Positions 16,458-20,806 of a stretch of 20,806 nucleotides of DNA are shown here, one piece after another. The notes beneath the pieces are model-generated. The model did not search any database. It saw only the letters and a program-made list of their open reading frames with translations, and was not told the DNA's origin. Each line of letters opens with the position of its first letter. Within the stretch, counting starts at the first letter, position 1. Position numbers and translations under genes: made by a program. Source of the DNA: Armatimonadota bacterium (lineage in GTDB: Bacteria > Armatimonadota > Hebobacteria > CAIYQO01); assembly GCA_038248345.1 (NCBI GenBank), contig JBBRXO010000050.1:1-20806 (forward strand), written 5' to 3'.

Positions 16458-17346
16458 AGCTCTTCCCAGTACCCAACGCCCACGACTTGGCGATTGGGTA
16501 CTCGCGCTACGCCCCCGCCAATGGATCAAGAACCTGGTGGTCTTTGCGGCGCTGCTCTTCACCGGTTTTAACCACCCGGCGGGGGTGTTGTGGGCGATGC
16601 TGGGAGCGTTCGGCGTCATCTGCATCGTCTCTTCACTGGGCTACCTGGTTAATGACCTCCTCGATATAGAAAAGGACCGGCAACACCCGGTGAAGAAGCA
16701 CCGCCCCATTGCCTCGGGGCGGTTGAAACCGTATGCCGTCAGCCTGTATGCTGTGCTGCTGGGAATAATTGGCATGGGCGGCGCCCTGCTCATCAGCCCC
16801 AAGTTTCTCATCGTCACCATAGCTTACCTGGCTATCACCATCACCTACAGTTTTCTGTGGAAGCATCAGGTCATCCTCGATTTACTCTGTATCGCTTCGG
16901 GGTTCGTGTTGCGAGCCTACGCTGGCACGGTAGTCCTCGACGTACACTTATCTTCATGGATGTTCGTCTGTGTGCTGCTACTGGCGCTACTACTGGGCCT
17001 GGGTAAACGCCGGCACGAGCTGTGTCTGCTCAAGGATGGGGCCAAATCGCACCGCCCGGTACTCGATGACTACAACCGCGCCTTCATTGATCAAGCGCTG
17101 GCGATGATGTCCTCGGCCTCGGTGGTCACCTACGCAATTTACGCAATAACCTCATCAGCGGCACTGCTACACCCCCTGTTGGTGCTGACAGTCCCGGTAG
17201 TCATCTACGGCGTAATGCGCTACCTCTACCTGGTCTTCTACTGTGACAAAGGCGGGCAGCCGGAAGAACTTTTCTATACCGACAGACCAATGTATCTGAC
17301 GGTAGCAATATGGACAGCCACCGTGGTGTTTGCTTTTATGTGGTGA
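16447..17346 (+). CDS. UbiA-family prenyltransferase, decaprenyl-phosphate phosphoribosyltransferase-like
   Basis: LRPRQWIKNL, YLVNDLLDIEKDRQHPVKKHRPIASG, GFVLRA, LGKRRHEL, YGVMRYL. Confidence 0.9.
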   Translation: MPDKALPSTQRPRLGDWVLALRPRQWIKNLVVFAALLFTGFNHPAGVLWAMLGAFGVICIVSSLGYLVNDLLDIEKDRQHPVKKHRPIASGRLKPYAVSLYAVLLGIIGMGGALLISPKFLIVTIAYLAITITYSFLWKHQVILDLLCIASGFVLRAYAGTVVLDVHLSSWMFVCVLLLALLLGLGKRRHELCLLKDGAKSHRPVLDDYNRAFIDQALAMMSSASVVTYAIYAITSSAALLHPLLVLTVPVVIYGVMRYLYLVFYCDKGGQPEELFYTDRPMYLTVAIWTATVVFAFMW

Positions 17347-17467
17347 TAATGTGGTCTTCGCTCATAATCCAATTAAAAATTATCAGCTACTAGAGTTCAT
17401 TAGCTCTCAATCGGATAATAACATAGCCCCGGCGAAACCCTGTCTATAACCAAAAGTTGGTAGAAAA

Positions 17468-17599
17468 CGCCCTGAAAGGGCATGTGATGCTATCCACGGG
17501 CAACGCCCGTGGGTATGAAAGGCGAAAAAAAGTCAGTAGAGAAGGCACTATGACCACGGGGTGCGCCCCGTGGCTAGCATCACTTGCCACTTCGTGGCG
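17468..17599. repeat. REPIN-like inverted pair of double-hairpin units
   Basis: CGCCCTGAAAGGGCATGTGATGCTATCCACGGGCAACGCCCGTGG (17468-17512) versus the reverse complement of 17554-17599, CGCCACGAAGTGGCAAGTGATGCTAGCCACGGGGCGCACCCCGTGG. Confidence 0.8.
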
Positions 17600-17755
17600 G
17601 ATAGCCTCAAAGATATGTGTGATTGTAAGAGCGAAACCTGGTGAATGCTCCCTATTTGATTATTATCCGTAGTAGCCCGTACAATATGGATACTAACAAC
17701 TTGTTTATTTCGATAGTTCCGTGGGTTAAAGCACTCATTCGGATGGATAATATTT

Positions 17756-20700
17756 ATGCTCAATGATGTAATTGCTCAATTGCTGGCGTCGCCGTCCTTC
17801 GCTCCCCTGCGGGTGGGGATAGCGGAGGGCGCACGGCGGCAGTGGATTTCCGGGGTGCGCGGCACCGGGAAAAGTATGGTGGCGGCGGCACTGGCGGCGG
17901 CGCGGGGCGTCGATGCGCCGGTGCATTTCCTGCTCACCCCCAGCCAGGAGCGCGCCGAGACGCTCTTCGCCGATCTGCAGGCTATCTGCGGGGCGGATTC
18001 ACCGTTGCAACCTGTTCTGTGCCCGTCGCTGGAATCATTGCTCTATGAAGAGACCTCGCCTGATGTGAACCTGATCCGCGACCGCCTTTCGGTATTGACG
18101 CGGCTGGCCGCGGGGGAGAAGCTGCTCGTCATCGCCACCCCCGATGCTGCGCTGCATCGCACGCTGCCCCCACAGATGCTGGGGCGCGCCGTGCGTACCA
18201 TCAGCATGAGGGAAGACGTGCCCCCCGATGAGCTGGCCATGTGGCTCACGGTGGCGGGGTATCAGCGGTTGGGCATGGTGGATAAGCCCGGGCAATTCAG
18301 CGTGCGCGGCGGCATCATGGACATCTTCCCCTCCACCGATACCGTGCCGGTGCGGCTGGAGTACTTCGGCGATGAGATCGACTCATTGCGGATATTCGAG
18401 ACGGATACCCAGCGCTCGGTGAGTGAAATCTCCCATATCACCCTCTATCCGGCGCATGAAGTGCTGCTGATACCGGAGCGCGTGGATACGGCGATACCAC
18501 AGATACGCGCGGCGATGGCGCAACAGCTATTGCAGATATCCTCCTTACCGCTCAAAGTACCCGGCGACGACGGCAAAATGGAAGAGCTGCTCTCCCCGGC
18601 GGAGCGCCTGACGGCCAAAGTGGAGCAGGAGCTAGAGCTGATGGCGCAGGGGGCGTACTTCAACGGCATCGAGTATTACCTGCCTTTCCTCTTCCCCGAG
18701 GGGGCCACGCTGCTGGATTACCTGCCCACCGACACCGTGGTAATGTTGGACGAGCCGGAGCATATCGCCCACGGGGCACACCGCTTCCGCGAGGGGCTGG
18801 CACAACTGGAGGCCACACGCCTCACCCGTGGGGCGCTGCTGCCGGTGCCGCACCCGCTTTATTTGCCGCTCTCCGCAGGGCTGGAGCAACTGGCGAAGTT
18901 CCCGGAGGTGGCGCTGACGCTGCTGGCCCCCGGCGCGGACGCCAGCTTCACCATGCCGCCGGTGAAGAGCGTGGCGCGCGACGAGGAGGACGAGCAACCC
19001 GCACGCGGGAGAATTCCAGATGACTTGCTTGACGGCGCGCATATCGAGCTGGTGTGCCAGCCGCCGGTGAATTACTCGCTGATGGCGGATCAATTGCCGC
19101 TGGACCTGCGCCGCTGGCTGCAGGGTGGCTACACCATTGCCGCCGCTACCCACCAGGAGCACCGCTTGAAGGCGCTGTTTGGGGAGCTGGAACTGCCGGT
19201 GAACTCCGGTGCCGCCGGAGATGGACCTGGCATCATTATCCGGCGTGATGAGTTGAGCGAAGGGGTGATTATCCCCGCCGCCCAACTGGCGCTCCTCACT
19301 GACGGCGAGCTTCTCGGTTGGCAGAAGCAACGCCGCGTCACCCGGAAGAGCTTCAAGCAGGGGCAGGCGATTGCCAGCGTCAACCAGCTGATGCCCGGCG
19401 ACCATGTGGTGCATATCAACCACGGTATCGGCAAATATACCGGGCTGGTGCGGCGCGAGGTGTCCGGCATCGAGCGTGAATTCCTGCAGATTGATTACGC
19501 CGGGGCCGATAAACTCTTTGTGCCGGTAGACCAGCTCGACCGCGTGCAGAAGTATATGAACCTGAGCGAAGACGCGCCGGAGGTGCATCGCCTGGGGGGC
19601 GCGGAGTGGGAGCGGATCAAGCGCCGGACAAAAAAATCGACGGAGGAGCTGGCCAAACAACTGCTGCAGTTGCAGGCAATCCGCTCGCGTGAGCAGGGGT
19701 TCGCCCATCCGCCGGACACCCCGTGGCAACGCGAGATGGAGGAAGGCTTCCCGTGGACGGAGACCCCGGACCAGCTCACCTCCATCCAGGATGTGAAGGC
19801 GGATATGGAGATGATCAACCCGATGGATCGGCTGATCTGCGGCGACGTGGGCTACGGCAAGACCGAAGTGGCGTTGCGCGCTGCCTTCAAAGCGGTGATG
19901 AGCGGCAAGCAGGTAGCGGTGCTCGCCCCCACCACGGTGCTGGCGGCGCAGCACTACCGCGGCTTCCGCGAGCGCATGGCCGCCTTCCCGGTGCGGGTGG
20001 AGCTGCTGTCGCGCTCGGTACCGCGCCGCGAGCAGACGAAGATCGTCGGTGATATCATCGGCGGGGCGGTGGATATCGTCATCGGCACCCATCGTATCCT
20101 CTCGCAGGATATCAAATATAAAGAGCTGGGGCTGGTAATCATCGACGAAGAGCAGCGCTTTGGCGTCAAGCAGAAGGAGAAATTCAAAAAGCTCCAGGCC
20201 AATGTCGACATCCTCACCATGTCGGCCACGCCCATCCCGCGCACGCTGCACATGGCCTTGAGCGGGTTGCGCGAGATGTCGATCATCAACACGCCCCCGC
20301 TGGGCCGCCTGCCGGTGCGCACCATGGCGATGGAGGCGGACGACGAGGTGCTGCGCGAGGCGATCTTGCGTGAGCTGGACCGCGACGGCCAGGTCTTTGT
20401 GCTGCATAACCGTATCAAATCCATTTCGCATGTGGCGGAGCGCATCCGCCGCATCGCCCCGCAGACGCGGGTGGAGATCGCCCACGGGCAGATGGCCGAG
20501 GGCGAGCTGGACCAGGTGATGATGGACTTCTACCAGAATAAATTTGACGTGCTGGTGTGTACCGCCATCATCGAAAATGGCGTCGACTTCCCTAACGTCA
20601 ACACCATCATCGTGGATGAGGCGGAGATGTTCGGGCTGGCGCAGCTGTATCAGCTCCGTGGCCGTGTGGGGCGCAGCGACCGCCAGGCGTACGCCTACCT

Positions 20701-20806
20701 CACCTGGAAACCACGCAAGAAACTCACCGAGACGGCGCAACACCGCATCGCCGCCATGAAGGAGTTTTCCGCACTTGGTAGCGGCTACAAGGTGGCCATG
20801 CGCGAC
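17756..20806 (+). CDS. mfd: Transcription-repair coupling factor Mfd; 3' end runs off the window
   Basis: Not in the ORF track. From ATG 17756: PGQFSVRGGIMDIFP, GDHVVHINHGIGKY, FPWTETPDQ, MDRLICGDVGYGKTEVALRAAFKA, IIDEEQRFGVKQKE, MSATPIPRTL, FGLAQLYQLRGRVGRS, ending GSGYKVAMRD in the same frame. Confidence 0.97.
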   Translation, partial: MLNDVIAQLLASPSFAPLRVGIAEGARRQWISGVRGTGKSMVAAALAAARGVDAPVHFLLTPSQERAETLFADLQAICGADSPLQPVLCPSLESLLYEETSPDVNLIRDRLSVLTRLAAGEKLLVIATPDAALHRTLPPQMLGRAVRTISMREDVPPDELAMWLTVAGYQRLGMVDKPGQFSVRGGIMDIFPSTDTVPVRLEYFGDEIDSLRIFETDTQRSVSEISHITLYPAHEVLLIPERVDTAIPQIRAAMAQQLLQISSLPLKVPGDDGKMEELLSPAERLTAKVEQELELMAQGAYFNGIEYYLPFLFPEGATLLDYLPTDTVVMLDEPEHIAHGAHRFREGLAQLEATRLTRGALLPVPHPLYLPLSAGLEQLAKFPEVALTLLAPGADASFTMPPVKSVARDEEDEQPARGRIPDDLLDGAHIELVCQPPVNYSLMADQLPLDLRRWLQGGYTIAAATHQEHRLKALFGELELPVNSGAAGDGPGIIIRRDELSEGVIIPAAQLALLTDGELLGWQKQRRVTRKSFKQGQAIASVNQLMPGDHVVHINHGIGKYTGLVRREVSGIEREFLQIDYAGADKLFVPVDQLDRVQKYMNLSEDAPEVHRLGGAEWERIKRRTKKSTEELAKQLLQLQAIRSREQGFAHPPDTPWQREMEEGFPWTETPDQLTSIQDVKADMEMINPMDRLICGDVGYGKTEVALRAAFKAVMSGKQVAVLAPTTVLAAQHYRGFRERMAAFPVRVELLSRSVPRREQTKIVGDIIGGAVDIVIGTHRILSQDIKYKELGLVIIDEEQRFGVKQKEKFKKLQANVDILTMSATPIPRTLHMALSGLREMSIINTPPLGRLPVRTMAMEADDEVLREAILRELDRDGQVFVLHNRIKSISHVAERIRRIAPQTRVEIAHGQMAEGELDQVMMDFYQNKFDVLVCTAIIENGVDFPNVNTIIVDEAEMFGLAQLYQLRGRVGRSDRQAYAYLTWKPRKKLTETAQHRIAAMKEFSALGSGYKVAMRD

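Noticed and set aside
18632..20743. 703-aa minus-strand ORF and smaller ORFs across 17.7-20.8 kb
   Set aside because: Antisense or off-frame shadows of the GC-rich mfd gene; no recognisable motifs.

Overview
Bacterial chromosomal window, mostly GC-rich, running from a truncated GT4 glycosyltransferase (left edge, minus strand) to a truncated mfd (right edge); neither is in the supplied ORF track. In between are an Ap4A-type NUDIX hydrolase, a PAS/GAF histidine kinase + single-domain response regulator + REC-GGDEF signalling operon, a tandem Rid/YjgF-domain protein, a secreted ankyrin-repeat protein, surE, etfBA (EtfA with an N-terminal 2x[4Fe-4S] domain), a stand-alone Lrp/AsnC ligand-binding protein, a GT-C glycosyltransferase and a UbiA-family prenyltransferase. 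The most unusual stretch is 9.8-12.3 kb. (i) A 164-aa HNH nuclease with a PLMP-like N-terminus (IshB-like architecture) lies just downstream of a ~190-nt structured minus-strand leader or ncRNA that has its own promoter, a palindrome and an intrinsic terminator. (ii) An AT-rich islet carries a duplicated promoter + small-ORF unit; one copy is intact, the other is decayed and followed by a truncated 'FHGCD' ADP-ribosyltransferase-like toxin remnant. (iii) A REPIN-like palindrome is bracketed by 27-bp perfect direct repeats between divergent promoters. Two more REPIN-like clusters with compensatory base changes lie at ~14.5-14.66 kb and ~17.47-17.6 kb. All calls were made by eye, without database searches.
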